DNA of 64,000 nt, taken from an uncultured Bacteroidales bacterium. Its GTDB lineage: Bacteria; Bacteroidota; Bacteroidia; Bacteroidales; Paludibacteraceae. A program made the translations under genes and the position numbers. Under the pieces are notes generated by a model. The model was given only the letters and a program-made list of their open reading frames with translations, was not told the DNA's origin and did not search any database. The stretch's first letter is position 1. Each line of letters opens with the position of its first letter. Location: assembly GCA_900321005.1 (NCBI GenBank), contig ONUF01000015.1, positions 1,414-65,413 on the forward strand, read 5' to 3'. Below, piece by piece: positions 8,861 through 19,279 of this stretch.

Positions 8861-10843
8861 ATGAGTTATCTTAATTTTGACAAGACGGTACTTGTTAACC
8901 TGGAGCGTTCGCTTCAGAAAGAGATGATTCGAACCAACCGTGCCGGCGTGTATAACTCGACCACTCTGGTCGATTGCAACACGCGTAAGTACCACGGCCA
9001 GTTGGTGATGCCGTTACCGCATATCAGCGACGAGAACTTCGTGTTACTCAGTTCGCTGGACGAGACGGTAATCCAGCACGGCGCAGAGTTCAACTTGGGT
9101 CTGCACGAGTACGGCGAGAATCATTTCAGTCCGAACGGACACAAGTACATCCGTGAGTTTGACTGCGACGTCATCTCCCGCACGACTTATCGCGTTGGAG
9201 CGATGGTTCTTCAGAAGGAGCGCATGTTGGTTAGTTTCGAGCCGCGCGTGCTTATTCGCTACACGCTTTTGGAGAGCGGCAGTCCGACGACGCTTCGTTT
9301 CCGCCCGTTCCTGGCATTCCGCTCGGTGAACGAGTTGACGCACGAGAATCCGCTGGCCAATGCCGACATGAACGATTGCGAGAACGGTCGTTTCAACCGC
9401 ATGTATCCGGGATTCCCGAATCTGTACATGCAGTTCAGCAAGGCGGTGGAGTATCACCATGACCCGCAGTGGTACAAGGACATCGAGTACCGCAAAGAGC
9501 GCGAGCGCGGCTATGCGTTCAAGGAGGATCTGTTGGTACCCGGTTATTTCGAGTTGCCGATGAAGAAAGGCGAGAGTATTATTTTCGCAGGCGGCGTGAC
9601 GGAGTGCAATACCGCACAGTTGAAGACCGTTTGGAAGAAAGAGCTGGAGCGTCGTATTCGCCGCGAGGACATGTTCTCGACCTTGAAGAACAGCGCAAGT
9701 CAGTTCTACAAACGCGAAGGCGACAAGTGCTACCTGCTGGCCGGCTTCCCGTGGTTTGGACCGGATGCCCGCACGACATTCTTCTCTGTCGCCAGTTGTA
9801 CGCTCGACATCGATCGTCCGGAATACTGGGACGCGATTGTCAACAAGACGGCTATCGAGGAGATTCTGAACTTCATGAACGGCCGTATCCACGACCTGAA
9901 GATGACGGGGATGGACGAACCGGACGTGCTGCTTTGGTTCATTCGTGCTTGCCAGAAATACGCACATAAATATACGGTTCGCGAGGCAGCCGATTTGTAC
10001 GGACAACTCTGTCTGGATATCATCAACTGGTATCGCAAACAGAACCATCCGCGGGCGAAACTGCATCAGAACGGTCTGCTGTGGGTCGATGGTACGCAAC
10101 GCCCGGCGACATGGATGAACGCGACGGAAAACGGATGGCCTATCACCCCGCGTACAGGTTATATCGTGGAGATCAACGCGCTGTGGTACAACGCGATGCG
10201 CTTCACGGCGGAGATGCTGCGCGAGATGGGTAAAGAGACGAGTGCCGATCTGATGGAATACCAAGCGGAGATAAGCAAAGACGCGTTTGTAAAGACATTC
10301 TGGAACGGATTGTATCTGAATGACTATGTCATTGACAACTACGAGAATCGCGAGGTTCGTCCGAACATGATTTGGGCAGTAGGTCTGCCGTACAGTCCGC
10401 TGGACCGCAAGCAGCAGAAGGCGGTAGTCGATATCTGTACGAAGGAGTTGCTGACGCCGAAGGGTCTGCGTTCGTTGAGTCCGAAGAGCGGCAACTACCG
10501 TCCGATGTACACGGGTACGATTACGCAGCAAGAGCGCGAGCGCGTGCTGCATAACGGCGTGGTATGGCCCTCGACTATTACAGCTTACTCGCGCGCATAC
10601 ATGAACATTTACAAATACAGCGGCGCGAGCTTCATGGAGCGTCTGTTGGTCGGTTTCGAAGCCGAGATGGACGAGTTGACGATCGGCACGCTGAATGAGT
10701 TCTACGACGGCAACCCGCCCTACAAGGGACACGGCGGTATGAGTAGTGCGGCGAGTGTGGCAGCGGTTATCAGCCTGTTGGATACCTTAAAGAAATACGA
10801 ACGCGAGCAGCAAGAGGCTCAAGAAAAGGAGGCACAATCATGA
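8861..10843 (+). CDS. Glycogen debranching enzyme (amylo-alpha-1,6-glucosidase family)
   Basis: 660 aa with an N-terminal GDE_N-like region and a C-terminal (alpha/alpha)6 region. It sits immediately upstream of the GT4 and GH57 genes. Confidence 0.75.
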   Translation: MSYLNFDKTVLVNLERSLQKEMIRTNRAGVYNSTTLVDCNTRKYHGQLVMPLPHISDENFVLLSSLDETVIQHGAEFNLGLHEYGENHFSPNGHKYIREFDCDVISRTTYRVGAMVLQKERMLVSFEPRVLIRYTLLESGSPTTLRFRPFLAFRSVNELTHENPLANADMNDCENGRFNRMYPGFPNLYMQFSKAVEYHHDPQWYKDIEYRKERERGYAFKEDLLVPGYFELPMKKGESIIFAGGVTECNTAQLKTVWKKELERRIRREDMFSTLKNSASQFYKREGDKCYLLAGFPWFGPDARTTFFSVASCTLDIDRPEYWDAIVNKTAIEEILNFMNGRIHDLKMTGMDEPDVLLWFIRACQKYAHKYTVREAADLYGQLCLDIINWYRKQNHPRAKLHQNGLLWVDGTQRPATWMNATENGWPITPRTGYIVEINALWYNAMRFTAEMLREMGKETSADLMEYQAEISKDAFVKTFWNGLYLNDYVIDNYENREVRPNMIWAVGLPYSPLDRKQQKAVVDICTKELLTPKGLRSLSPKSGNYRPMYTGTITQQERERVLHNGVVWPSTITAYSRAYMNIYKYSGASFMERLLVGFEAEMDELTIGTLNEFYDGNPPYKGHGGMSSAASVAAVISLLDTLKKYEREQQEAQEKEAQS

Positions 10844-12102
10844 AAGCGTTAATGTTCGGTTGGGAGTTTCCCCCTCATATTTTAGGCGGTCTGGGCACAG
10901 CGAGTTACGGATTGACTCGCGGCATGGCAGAGCAGCCTGACATGGATATCACTTTCGTCATTCCGAAGCCTTGGGGTGACGAGGATCAATCGTTCCTCCG
11001 CATCATTGGCGCGAACAGCGTACCTATTGTATGGAAGGACGTGAACTACGACTATGTCAAGTCGCGCATGGAAGGCAAGATGAGTCCGGAGGAGTTCTAT
11101 CATCTCCGCGACGGTATCCATTACGACTATCGTCGTATCGGAACAGACGACCTCGGATGCGTCGGTTTCTCGGGTCGTTATCCGGACAACCTGATCGAGG
11201 AGATCGGCAACTACGAAGCGGTAGCGAGTGTGCTGGCGCATAGTCTGGACTTCGATATCATTCACAGCCATGACTGGTTGACCTATCCGGCCGGCGTGTT
11301 TGCGAAACATATCAGCGGTAAGCCGCTGGTGATCCATGTGCACGCGACGGATTTCGACAGAAGTCGCGGCAACGTGAACCCGACGGTATATGCCATCGAG
11401 AAACGCGGCATGGACGAAGCGGACCACATCATATGCGTAAGTAACCTGACGCGTAACACGGTGATCGAGAAATACGGTCAGGACCCGCGCAAGGTAAGCA
11501 CGGTACACAATGCGGTGGAACCGTTGGCTCATCCGGAAGAGTTCACCAAGCCCCCGCGCAAAGACAAACTCGTTACATTCCTCGGCCGTATCACGATGCA
11601 GAAAGGTCCGGAGTACTTCGTAGAGGCCGCAGCACGTGTGCTGAGCAAGACGGACGGCGTTCGCTTTGTGATGGCCGGCAGCGGAGACAAGATGACGGAG
11701 ATGATTGACCTGGTAGCCAAACGCGGCATAGCGGACAAGTTCCACTTCCCCGGTTTCATGCGCGGTAAGCAGGTTCAGGAGATGCTCGCGATGAGCGACG
11801 TCTATATCATGCCGTCTGTGAGTGAGCCGTTCGGTATCAGTCCGCTGGAGGCAATGCAGGTTGGTTGTCCGTCGATCATCAGTCATCAGTCGGGTTGCGC
11901 AGAGATCCTGCAGCACGCGATTAAGACCGACTACTGGGACATCGACGCTATGGCCGACGCTATCTATGCGATTGTCAAGTACCCGGCGATGTACAAGAGT
12001 CTGCACGAACTCGGCATGGCGGAAGTCAACAATATCAAGTGGGCGGACGCTGGTCTTAAAGTGCGTCGGATTTATGATGGTGTCATAAATCACACACTTT
12101 AA
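10840..12102 (+). CDS. Glycosyltransferase family 4 (glycogen-synthase-like)
   Basis: MKALMFGWEFPPHILGGLGTASYGL N-terminus and a C-terminal E..G...LEAM motif. Its start overlaps the upstream stop (ATGA). Confidence 0.75.
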   Translation: MKALMFGWEFPPHILGGLGTASYGLTRGMAEQPDMDITFVIPKPWGDEDQSFLRIIGANSVPIVWKDVNYDYVKSRMEGKMSPEEFYHLRDGIHYDYRRIGTDDLGCVGFSGRYPDNLIEEIGNYEAVASVLAHSLDFDIIHSHDWLTYPAGVFAKHISGKPLVIHVHATDFDRSRGNVNPTVYAIEKRGMDEADHIICVSNLTRNTVIEKYGQDPRKVSTVHNAVEPLAHPEEFTKPPRKDKLVTFLGRITMQKGPEYFVEAAARVLSKTDGVRFVMAGSGDKMTEMIDLVAKRGIADKFHFPGFMRGKQVQEMLAMSDVYIMPSVSEPFGISPLEAMQVGCPSIISHQSGCAEILQHAIKTDYWDIDAMADAIYAIVKYPAMYKSLHELGMAEVNNIKWADAGLKVRRIYDGVINHTL

Positions 12103-12103
12103 G

Positions 12104-12138
12104 AATTGATAATTGATAATTTATAATTGATAATTTAA
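12104..12138 (+). repeat. Heptamer array AATTGAT x5 forming the GT4-GH57 spacer
   Basis: aattgat aattgat aatttat aattgat aatttaa. It begins 2 nt after the TAA stop and ends 8 nt before the ATG. Confidence 0.92.
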
Positions 12139-12145
12139 CAATATT

Positions 12146-13414
12146 ATGAAAAATATCTGTTTTTGCTTCCAGATGCATGTTCCCTACCGTCTGAAGCGCT
12201 ATCGTTTCTTTGAGATCGGTCATGATCATTACTACTACGATGACATGGCGACCGAAGAGCATGTTAACTGGTTGGTACAAACATCGTACCTGCCGTTGTG
12301 CAACACGATCAAGGACATGATCAACCTCAGTAAGGGTAAGTTCCACTGCGCTATCAGCGTCAGCGGCACGATGATCGAGATGTTCGAGCAGTTCAACCCC
12401 GAGATGATCGACATCCTCAAGGAGTTGGCGACCACCAAGGCTGTGGAGTTTCTCGCTACGCCGTACGCTTATTCGCTGGCTTCGGAGTATAACGAAGCGG
12501 AGTTTAAGAACCAGTTGAAGTTACAAAACAGCTTGTTGGAGTCCATCCTCGGCGTGAAAGCACAGACGGTTTGGAATACCGAGTTGTTGTACACCGACGA
12601 GGCGGCTTATGAATTGAACAAGATGGGTTACAAGACTATCCTGACGGAAGGCGCGAAACACATCATTAGTTGGAAGAGTCCGAACCATGTTTATCAGTCG
12701 GCCGGCGCTCCGAAGATGAAGGTATTGCTCCGCAACACCTCGCTGAGCGATGAGTTGAGTTTCCATTTCTCCGATCCGGGATGGGCTAATTTCCCGATTG
12801 ACGCAGAGAAATATGCGGATCAGTTAAAGGCATTGCCGGAGGAGGACGAGTTGATCAATATCTGGGTGGGCGCAGAGACCTTCGGTGTTCGCCAGAACGC
12901 CGGCACGGGTATCTTCGACTTCCTGAAAGCGTTGCCGTATTTTGCGCTGGAGCGCGAGATGGGTTTTGTAACGCCTGCTGAAGCGTCTAAGAAATTGGCG
13001 GCTAATGATGTACTCTCCAGTCCGTATCCTTTGACATGGAGCGGCGAGGCAAAAGACCTGAGTATCTACGCCGGAAACGACTTGCAGCAAGAGGCTATTC
13101 AGAAACTGTACGCCGTAGCAGAGCGTGTACATCTGTGCCAGGACAAGGCGCTGAAGACGAACTGGCTGCGTCTGCAGGATGTGAACTACCTGCATAACAT
13201 GAATCATATTGATCAGGGCGAGACGCAGTATGAGTCGGCTTACGATGCGTTCATCAATTACATGAACATCCTGTCCGACTTCCTGCAGAGCGTCGAGGAG
13301 CAATATCCGACAACGATTGAGAACGAAGAGTTGAACGAGCTGTTGAAAACCATCCGCAACCAAGAGGAGGAGATTCAACAGTTGCAAGAAAAACTCAAAA
13401 AGGCGAAAAAGTAA
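12146..13414 (+). CDS. Glycoside hydrolase family 57 (alpha-amylase / 4-alpha-glucanotransferase type)
   Basis: CFCFQMHVPYRLKRY N-terminus and length are typical of Bacteroidota GH57. Confidence 0.78.
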   Translation: MKNICFCFQMHVPYRLKRYRFFEIGHDHYYYDDMATEEHVNWLVQTSYLPLCNTIKDMINLSKGKFHCAISVSGTMIEMFEQFNPEMIDILKELATTKAVEFLATPYAYSLASEYNEAEFKNQLKLQNSLLESILGVKAQTVWNTELLYTDEAAYELNKMGYKTILTEGAKHIISWKSPNHVYQSAGAPKMKVLLRNTSLSDELSFHFSDPGWANFPIDAEKYADQLKALPEEDELINIWVGAETFGVRQNAGTGIFDFLKALPYFALEREMGFVTPAEASKKLAANDVLSSPYPLTWSGEAKDLSIYAGNDLQQEAIQKLYAVAERVHLCQDKALKTNWLRLQDVNYLHNMNHIDQGETQYESAYDAFINYMNILSDFLQSVEEQYPTTIENEELNELLKTIRNQEEEIQQLQEKLKKAKK

Positions 13415-13416
13415 AT

Positions 13417-15357
13417 TTGCGGAAACGGTTCGGTATAGTATTAGTACTGTTGGCAGCGACCCTTGTGGCCGCTGCCAAGCCGCCGCGTATAAAGACGGTA
13501 GTGCGCACTTGGCAAATGCCGTCGTTCAGTGCGGTAGCCGATACGATCCCGTTCCTCGACACCACGATGCTCAACTACCACGACATCGACATCCAACAGC
13601 GGTACTCGCTGAGCAGTGCGTTCAACGGCAACATCCTGGTGTCGCCTATCGAGTCGCGCGTGGTACAAGACCGGCTGACGACGATTGACGACCCGTTTGC
13701 GATCAGTCTGACGCCGTATGTCGTGACGCCGCAGCAACAGCGGTATTTCAATACCACCACGCCCTACTCGTCTATCGCGTATAAGAAAGGTTTTGTGACC
13801 GGACACGAAGAGAACGACCTTAGTTTTTTGTTCACCGGCAACTTGGGCCGCGAGACGAACTTAGGTGTAGAGATGGAGTATTTGAATTCGGTGGGTCATT
13901 ACGCGAACACGGCCGGAAAACTCTTCCGAGGAAGTGTATGGGGCAGCTACACGGGCGCGCACTACAGTATGCACGGTGCGTTCAGTTGGAGCAGTCTCAG
14001 TTCGTTCGACAACGGCGGACTGGAGAACGTAGAGGATCTGCGGAGCAGTCTGCGTGCGGAGGACCTGCCTGTTCGGTTGAATGCCATGACGGGTTACCGA
14101 TATTTGAGCGGGTATCTGCATAACCAGTATGCGATTACCAAAGAGCGCGAGTACCACGACTCGATCGAAGTGATTGAAGACGGTCAGCGTGTGAAACACG
14201 ACACGGTGAAAGTGGAATATATCCCGCTCATCACATTCAGTCATATCTTCGAGACCAATAATTCGAACAGGCGGTATGTGGAGCAGACTTCGAATCAGGG
14301 ATTTTATGAACATCTATACTACGACTCGCTCGCTACGGATGACCACACCGACGTGTTGACCATCCGGAATACCTTGGCGGTGACGTTCTGCGAAGCGTAT
14401 AACACGAAGTTGAAATTCGGCGCGACGGCCTTTGCGATGAACGAGTGTCAGCGGCACTTCTACGATCGCATCCCGGCCGACAGTCTCCATGAATACCGCT
14501 GGACGAACAACACGTTTGTGGGCGGGTCGATTCACAAGCACAGCGGTGCGAACGTGCATTATACGGTAGAGGGGCAAGTGTGTCTATTGGGTTATAAGAT
14601 CGGCGAGTTTGACGTGCACGGGAACTTAGAGACACGCTTTCGCGTAGGTGATACGACGCTGCTGGTGAGCGCGCGAGCGTATGCAAAGAGTGTGACGCCG
14701 AGTCCCTATTTGCAACACTTCCGCTCGAACCACGTGATATGGGACAACGCGTTCGGATTCACGTATCGGTTCCTTGGAGGCGCAACCGTCGCGTACCCGT
14801 ATAAATGGGTGAAGCCGCGAATTGACTTCAGTTTTGAGAATCAGACGAATCCGATCTATGTATCGGCTTCGGACTGGCAGCCGCGCCAGTTCCGCGGCAA
14901 CGTACAGATCATCACGGGCGATGTGGGGTTAGATATCACGACACCGTGGGTGAACTTGGAGAACCGCGCGGTGATTCAACATTCGACTAATGACAGTGTG
15001 ATGCCGGTTCCACTGGTCATTTTACAACACCGGCTATACTACCACGGCACGTGGTGGAAGGCGCTGGACGCGCAGATGGGTGTGGACGTACGCTATTTCA
15101 CGCGTTATCACGCGCCGGTATTGTGTCCCGAGACGGGTATGTTCGGTACACAAAGCAACACGAACGTAGGAAACTACCCTTGGATGAGTGCCTATGCGAG
15201 TTTTTATGTGAGGTCGATCCGCTTGCGGTTCTTCTTCCATTACCAGCATTTGAACCATCTGTTTATGAGGAATAACATTGACTATTTGGCTATGCCGGGT
15301 TACCCGACCAACCGCGACACGTTCCGCGCGGGCTTGGCATGGCACTTCTATAATTAG
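13417..15357 (+). CDS. Putative outer-membrane beta-barrel porin
   Basis: TTG start 3 nt after the GH57 stop. It has a signal peptide (RKRFGIVLVLLAATLVAAA), alternating aromatic-rich strands, and a C-terminal AGLAWHFYN. Confidence 0.45.
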   Translation: MRKRFGIVLVLLAATLVAAAKPPRIKTVVRTWQMPSFSAVADTIPFLDTTMLNYHDIDIQQRYSLSSAFNGNILVSPIESRVVQDRLTTIDDPFAISLTPYVVTPQQQRYFNTTTPYSSIAYKKGFVTGHEENDLSFLFTGNLGRETNLGVEMEYLNSVGHYANTAGKLFRGSVWGSYTGAHYSMHGAFSWSSLSSFDNGGLENVEDLRSSLRAEDLPVRLNAMTGYRYLSGYLHNQYAITKEREYHDSIEVIEDGQRVKHDTVKVEYIPLITFSHIFETNNSNRRYVEQTSNQGFYEHLYYDSLATDDHTDVLTIRNTLAVTFCEAYNTKLKFGATAFAMNECQRHFYDRIPADSLHEYRWTNNTFVGGSIHKHSGANVHYTVEGQVCLLGYKIGEFDVHGNLETRFRVGDTTLLVSARAYAKSVTPSPYLQHFRSNHVIWDNAFGFTYRFLGGATVAYPYKWVKPRIDFSFENQTNPIYVSASDWQPRQFRGNVQIITGDVGLDITTPWVNLENRAVIQHSTNDSVMPVPLVILQHRLYYHGTWWKALDAQMGVDVRYFTRYHAPVLCPETGMFGTQSNTNVGNYPWMSAYASFYVRSIRLRFFFHYQHLNHLFMRNNIDYLAMPGYPTNRDTFRAGLAWHFYN

Positions 15358-15376
15358 ACATTATTAAATACACAAT

Positions 15377-17662
15377 ATGCAAGTTACACAGCATCTAAAT
15401 CAGATTCTCGTTTATGCGCACGATGAGGCAGAGCGTCTATGGAGCGCCCATGTAGAGCCGGAACACCTGTTGCTGGCGATTATGCGTCTGGGAGAAGGCT
15501 CGGCGTATGAGATTTTGCTTCGCGCCTCTTTCCGACCGGAGGAGGCCAAAGCGCAGATTGAAGACGCTATTCGCGGTAAGCAGGGGACGATGGAGACGAT
15601 TGATCGGAGTGCACAGACGAACCGCATCCTTCGCATCGCGGAGGCGATTAGTCGTGAATATAAGTCCGAGCAGATCGGTTCGATTCATCTGTTGCTGGCT
15701 ATTATGCGCGAGCAGATCAACCGCGCCGCTTCGTACTTGGAGGAGATCTGGGGCATTAGTTATGTGCAGTTAGTCGATCTGTACGGTCAGCCGCACTATA
15801 GCGCCGACATCCCGACAGCGGGCAATAACCAGATGGGTGACCTCAATGAAGGGTCATGGCAACCGGAGCAACCGAAGCAGACGAAAGGCAAGAAGAATGC
15901 CACAACGGCTTTGGACAAGTACGGCCGCGACCTGACCAAACAGGCCGAGGAAGGGAAGTTGGATCCCGTCGTGGGACGCGAGGTAGAGATCGAGCGCGTG
16001 GTACAGATCCTGAGCAGAAGAAAGAAGAACAACCCGATTCTGATCGGTGAGCCGGGCGTGGGTAAGTCGGCTATCGTGGAAGGCTTGGCGCTGCGGATCA
16101 TTCATGACAAGACCGGCGCGCTGGTGGGTCGCCGCATCGTGACCTTGGATATTGCTTCGATGGTTGCCGGAACGACGTACCGCGGTCAGTTCGAAGAGCG
16201 CATGAAGCAGATCATCAACGAGTTGCTCGCGCACCCAGAGATTATTCTGTTTATCGACGAGATACACACGATCATCGGCGCAGGTAATGCGTCGGGTTCG
16301 TTGGACGCAGCCAATATCTTAAAGCCGGCATTGGCGCGCGGCGAGATACAATGTATCGGCGCAACGACGACGGCTGAGTTCGCGAAGTCGATTGAGAAAG
16401 ACGGAGCGCTGGAGCGCCGCTTCCAGAAAGTACAGGTTCGTCCGACGACGGGCGAAGAGACCTTGGATATCCTGCGCCGGTTGAGTGACCACTATGCGCA
16501 TTACCATAATGTCATTTATACGACGGAGGTGCTCAAGGCCTGCGTGGGTCTGAGCGAGCGGTATATTACCGACCGTGCGTTCCCGGACAAGGCGATCGAT
16601 GTGATGGACGAGGTAGGCGCACGCAGCCATGCGCGCCAGAAGGCGGCGGGCGAGAAAGAACTGCCGGCATACACGGTGACGACCGAAGATGTGGCGGGCG
16701 TAATCAGTATGATCTCCGGCGTACCCGTTCAGCGCGTAGCACGCGCCGAGAACAAACGCCTGCTGAGCATGGCCGAGACTTTGAAGCATAAGATCATCGG
16801 TCAGGACAAAGCGGTGGAGACGGTGGTGAAAGCTATCCAACGGAGTCGCTTGGGTCTGCGCGATCCGAAGCGTCCGATCGGTACCTTCTTCTTCCTCGGG
16901 CAGACCGGTGTCGGCAAAACCTATCTGGCACAATGTCTGGCAGAAGAGATGTTCGGCAGCAAAGACGCGATCATTCGTTTCGATATGTCCGAATACATGG
17001 AGAAGCACGCGGTGAGCCTGCTGGTAGGCGCGCCTCCGGGATACGTGGCGCACGAAGACGGCGGCAAGTTGACCGAAGCCGTGCGGAGAAAACCCTACTC
17101 GATCGTGCTTTTCGATGAGATAGAGAAAGCGCACCCCGATATCTTCAATATCTTGCTGCAAGTGCTGGACGAAGGCCGCTTGACCGACCGTCAGGGACAT
17201 ATCGTCGATTTCCGCAACACGATCATTGTGCTGACGAGTAATATCGGCACACGGCAATTACAGGAGTTCGGCGGCGGTGTCGGATTCAGCGCGGGCGAGA
17301 TGAATACGAAGGACAGCCAGAAGATGCTACTCAAGGCGCTGCAGAAACAGTTCCCGCCTGAGTTCGTGAACCGTATTGACAACGTAGTGACCTTCGAACC
17401 GCTGAGTCGCGAGACGATCGGCCAGATTGTGCGCATCGAGATCAGTATGCTGCAGAAACGACTCAAGAGCACGGGTCACCAGCTGAGTGTGAAGCCGGAA
17501 GTGATCGGACAACTGGTCGATAAGAGTTTTGACACGAAGAACGGTGCGCGGCCTGTGAAGCGGGCGGTACAGACTTATCTGGAAGACCCGCTGACGGAGA
17601 TTCTGCTTCGCAGACCTCATCAAAAACGAATAACAATCAAACAAATACAACAAAGCGTATGA
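15377..17662 (+). CDS. clpC: ATP-dependent Clp protease ATP-binding subunit (ClpC-like)
   Basis: Clp_N repeats and two AAA modules ([16 protein letters not shown]), with no long ClpB-type middle domain. Confidence 0.82.
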   Translation: MQVTQHLNQILVYAHDEAERLWSAHVEPEHLLLAIMRLGEGSAYEILLRASFRPEEAKAQIEDAIRGKQGTMETIDRSAQTNRILRIAEAISREYKSEQIGSIHLLLAIMREQINRAASYLEEIWGISYVQLVDLYGQPHYSADIPTAGNNQMGDLNEGSWQPEQPKQTKGKKNATTALDKYGRDLTKQAEEGKLDPVVGREVEIERVVQILSRRKKNNPILIGEPGVGKSAIVEGLALRIIHDKTGALVGRRIVTLDIASMVAGTTYRGQFEERMKQIINELLAHPEIILFIDEIHTIIGAGNASGSLDAANILKPALARGEIQCIGATTTAEFAKSIEKDGALERRFQKVQVRPTTGEETLDILRRLSDHYAHYHNVIYTTEVLKACVGLSERYITDRAFPDKAIDVMDEVGARSHARQKAAGEKELPAYTVTTEDVAGVISMISGVPVQRVARAENKRLLSMAETLKHKIIGQDKAVETVVKAIQRSRLGLRDPKRPIGTFFFLGQTGVGKTYLAQCLAEEMFGSKDAIIRFDMSEYMEKHAVSLLVGAPPGYVAHEDGGKLTEAVRRKPYSIVLFDEIEKAHPDIFNILLQVLDEGRLTDRQGHIVDFRNTIIVLTSNIGTRQLQEFGGGVGFSAGEMNTKDSQKMLLKALQKQFPPEFVNRIDNVVTFEPLSRETIGQIVRIEISMLQKRLKSTGHQLSVKPEVIGQLVDKSFDTKNGARPVKRAVQTYLEDPLTEILLRRPHQKRITIKQIQQSV

Positions 17663-17973
17663 CAGTAGAAATTACAGACGCAAACATCAAGGATGTCGTT
17701 GCGTCAGGCAAACCCGTGGTAGTAGATTTCTGGGCGGGTTGGTGTGGCCCATGCAAGATGATGCTTCCTATTTTAGAAGAGCTCTCGAACGAATACGAAG
17801 GCCGCATCGTAGTAGGCAAACTGAATGTAGATGACAACCCCGACACCTGTGAAGAGTTCGGCATCATGAACATCCCGACGATGCTTTTCTTCCAGAACGG
17901 CGAGTTGGTCAATCGTCACGTAGGAGCTTGCAGAAAGCAAGATTTAGCACAGCTTTTTGACAGTTTACTGTAA
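17659..17973 (+). CDS. trxA: Thioredoxin
   Basis: WAGWCGPCK active site, 104 aa. Its ATG overlaps the clpC TGA (ATGA). Confidence 0.92.
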   Translation: MTVEITDANIKDVVASGKPVVVDFWAGWCGPCKMMLPILEELSNEYEGRIVVGKLNVDDNPDTCEEFGIMNIPTMLFFQNGELVNRHVGACRKQDLAQLFDSLL

Positions 17974-18034
17974 AAAAATGCAGGCAAAAAGCGACAAAAG
18001 TACGATTTTATTTGTATATTCCAAATATTTGTAG

Positions 18035-18042
18035 TACCTTTG
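18035..18042 (+). promoter_or_regulatory. -7 box TACCTTTG ahead of tRNA-Arg
   Basis: gtagTACCTTTGcgcgc, 17 nt before the tRNA 5' end, followed by a GCGCGC-TTTTT-GCGCGC palindrome. Confidence 0.6.
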
Positions 18043-18058
18043 CGCGCTTTTTGCGCGC

Positions 18059-18135
18059 GGTTCAGTAGCTCAGTTGGATAGAGCAACAGCCTTCTAAGCT
18101 GTGGGTCTCGGGTTCGAATCCCGACTGAATCACCA
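18059..18135 (+). tRNA. tRNA-Arg (anticodon TCT), CCA encoded
   Basis: I folded the cloverleaf by hand: acceptor GGTTCAG/CTGAATC, D arm GCTC-AGTTGGATA-GAGC, anticodon arm ACAGC-CTTCTAA-GCTGT, T arm TCGGG-TTCGAAT-CCCGA, then A-CCA. Confidence 0.93.
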
Positions 18136-18171
18136 CGCGCGAGCTGAGAAAAAACGTATATTATATAGTAT

Positions 18172-19032
18172 ATGCGCCAATTAAAAATTACAAAATCCAT
18201 CACCAACCGTGAGTCAGCGAGTCTGGACAAGTATCTGCAAGAGATCGGTCGCGAGGAGTTGATTTCGGTGGAAGAAGAAGTCGAACTGGCGAGTCGTATC
18301 CGTAATGGCGACCGCGCTGCATTGGAGAAGTTGACGAAGAGCAACCTGCGCTTCGTGGTATCTGTGGCGAAGCAGTACCAGAACCAAGGTCTGAGTCTGC
18401 CGGACTTAATCAACGAAGGAAACTTAGGTCTGATCAAAGCGGCTGAGAAATTCGATGAGACGCGTGGTTTCAAGTTTATCTCGTATGCCGTTTGGTGGAT
18501 TCGTCAATCGATCCTGCAGGCTTTGGCCGAGCAGAGTCGTATCGTTCGTCTTCCCTTGAACCAGGTTGGTTCGATGAACAAGATTAACAAAGCGTATCAG
18601 CGTTTTGAGCAAGAGCACGAGCGCAAGCCGAGTGCAGAAGAGTTAGCCGATATGCTGGATATCCCGGTGGACAAGATTGCGGATACCCTGAAGATGAGCG
18701 GTCGTCACGTGAGTGTCGATGCGCCGTTTGTAGAGGGTGAAGACAACAGTCTTATCGACGTGATGGTGAATGAAGATTCGCCGAACGCCGACCGCGGTCT
18801 TATCAACGAGTCGCTCTCCACGGAGATCAGCCGTGCGTTAGCTACGTTGACGCCGCGCGAAGCGGATATCCTGCGTAAGTTCTTCGGTATCGGGACTCCC
18901 GAGAAGACCTTGGAAGAGATCGGCGATGAACTGCATCTGACGCGTGAGCGTGTACGCCAGATCAAAGAGAAAGCGATCAAGAAACTAAATTCTGGTCAAC
19001 GCAGTCATATTCTGCAAACGTATCTGGGTTAA
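18172..19032 (+). CDS. rpoD: Primary RNA polymerase sigma factor (sigma-A/RpoD, short Bacteroidota form)
   Basis: 286 aa containing regions 1.2-4.2 ([31 protein letters not shown]). Confidence 0.9.
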   Translation: MRQLKITKSITNRESASLDKYLQEIGREELISVEEEVELASRIRNGDRAALEKLTKSNLRFVVSVAKQYQNQGLSLPDLINEGNLGLIKAAEKFDETRGFKFISYAVWWIRQSILQALAEQSRIVRLPLNQVGSMNKINKAYQRFEQEHERKPSAEELADMLDIPVDKIADTLKMSGRHVSVDAPFVEGEDNSLIDVMVNEDSPNADRGLINESLSTEISRALATLTPREADILRKFFGIGTPEKTLEEIGDELHLTRERVRQIKEKAIKKLNSGQRSHILQTYLG

Positions 19033-19036
19033 AAGC

Positions 19037-19063
19037 AACGCCTCCTTTTCGGGAGGCGTTTTT
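19037..19063 (+). terminator. Rho-independent terminator of rpoD
   Basis: aacgcctcc-ttttc-gggaggcgtt stem-loop followed by ttt. Confidence 0.8.
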
Positions 19064-19095
19064 AGTAGTCAGTAGTCAGCTTTCAGTATTCAGTC
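19064..19095. repeat. Heptamer array AGTAGTC/AGTATTC x4.5
   Basis: agtagtc agtagtc agctttc agtattc agtc. It overlaps the stop codon of the convergent small gene. Confidence 0.85.
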
Positions 19096-19269
19096 AAAAA
19101 GTGTCGGCTGGTCGTTGTCGAGTTTCTTGAGGATGGCGCGCATCAGGGTCTCGCGGATGAGTCGGCTGCGGTTGGACACGCCGTACTTGTCGCAAAAGCG
19201 CTCCAGCGTTCGCTGTTCGCTTTCGTTGAGCAGAATGGAGATTCGATGTTCGCGGGGTTGCTTCTTCAT
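19090..19269 (-). CDS. Small ribbon-helix-helix-like protein (59 aa)
   Basis: Below the ORF-track size cutoff. Translated codon by codon as MKKQPREHRISILLNESEQRTLERFCDKYGVSNRSRLIRETLMRAILKKLDNDQPTLFD, a beta-strand plus two-helix pattern like CopG/Arc. Confidence 0.55.
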   Translation of the reverse strand: MKKQPREHRISILLNESEQRTLERFCDKYGVSNRSRLIRETLMRAILKKLDNDQPTLFD

Positions 19270-19279
19270 GTGCGCCGGG

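Noticed and set aside
9044-10732. Very long antisense ORFs opposite real genes. Examples are 9044-10732 (-), 10882-12093 (-), 22236-24098 (-), 16319-17257 (-), 37105-37842 (-), 58212-59003 (+), 59319-60998 (+), 55866-56894 (+) and 62105-63595 (+).
   Set aside because: Their translations are Arg/Leu/His/Val-rich low-complexity strings with no motifs. The opposite strand encodes clearly recognisable proteins (GDE, GT4, GlgP, ClpC, Tgt, SusC, AspRS). These are shadow ORFs produced by codon bias.
17659-17662. ATGA and TAATG stop/start overlaps (clpC-trxA, HD-dusB, GDE-GT4, lolE-lipoprotein, rpmH-rbfA) as something unusual.
   Set aside because: Four-base and one-base overlaps are common translational-coupling arrangements in compact bacterial operons, so they are noted only in the feature evidence.
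17916-18473. 185-aa minus-strand ORF spanning the trxA end, tRNA-Arg and the rpoD start.
   Set aside because: It overlaps a well-folded tRNA and two strongly supported genes, and it has no motifs.
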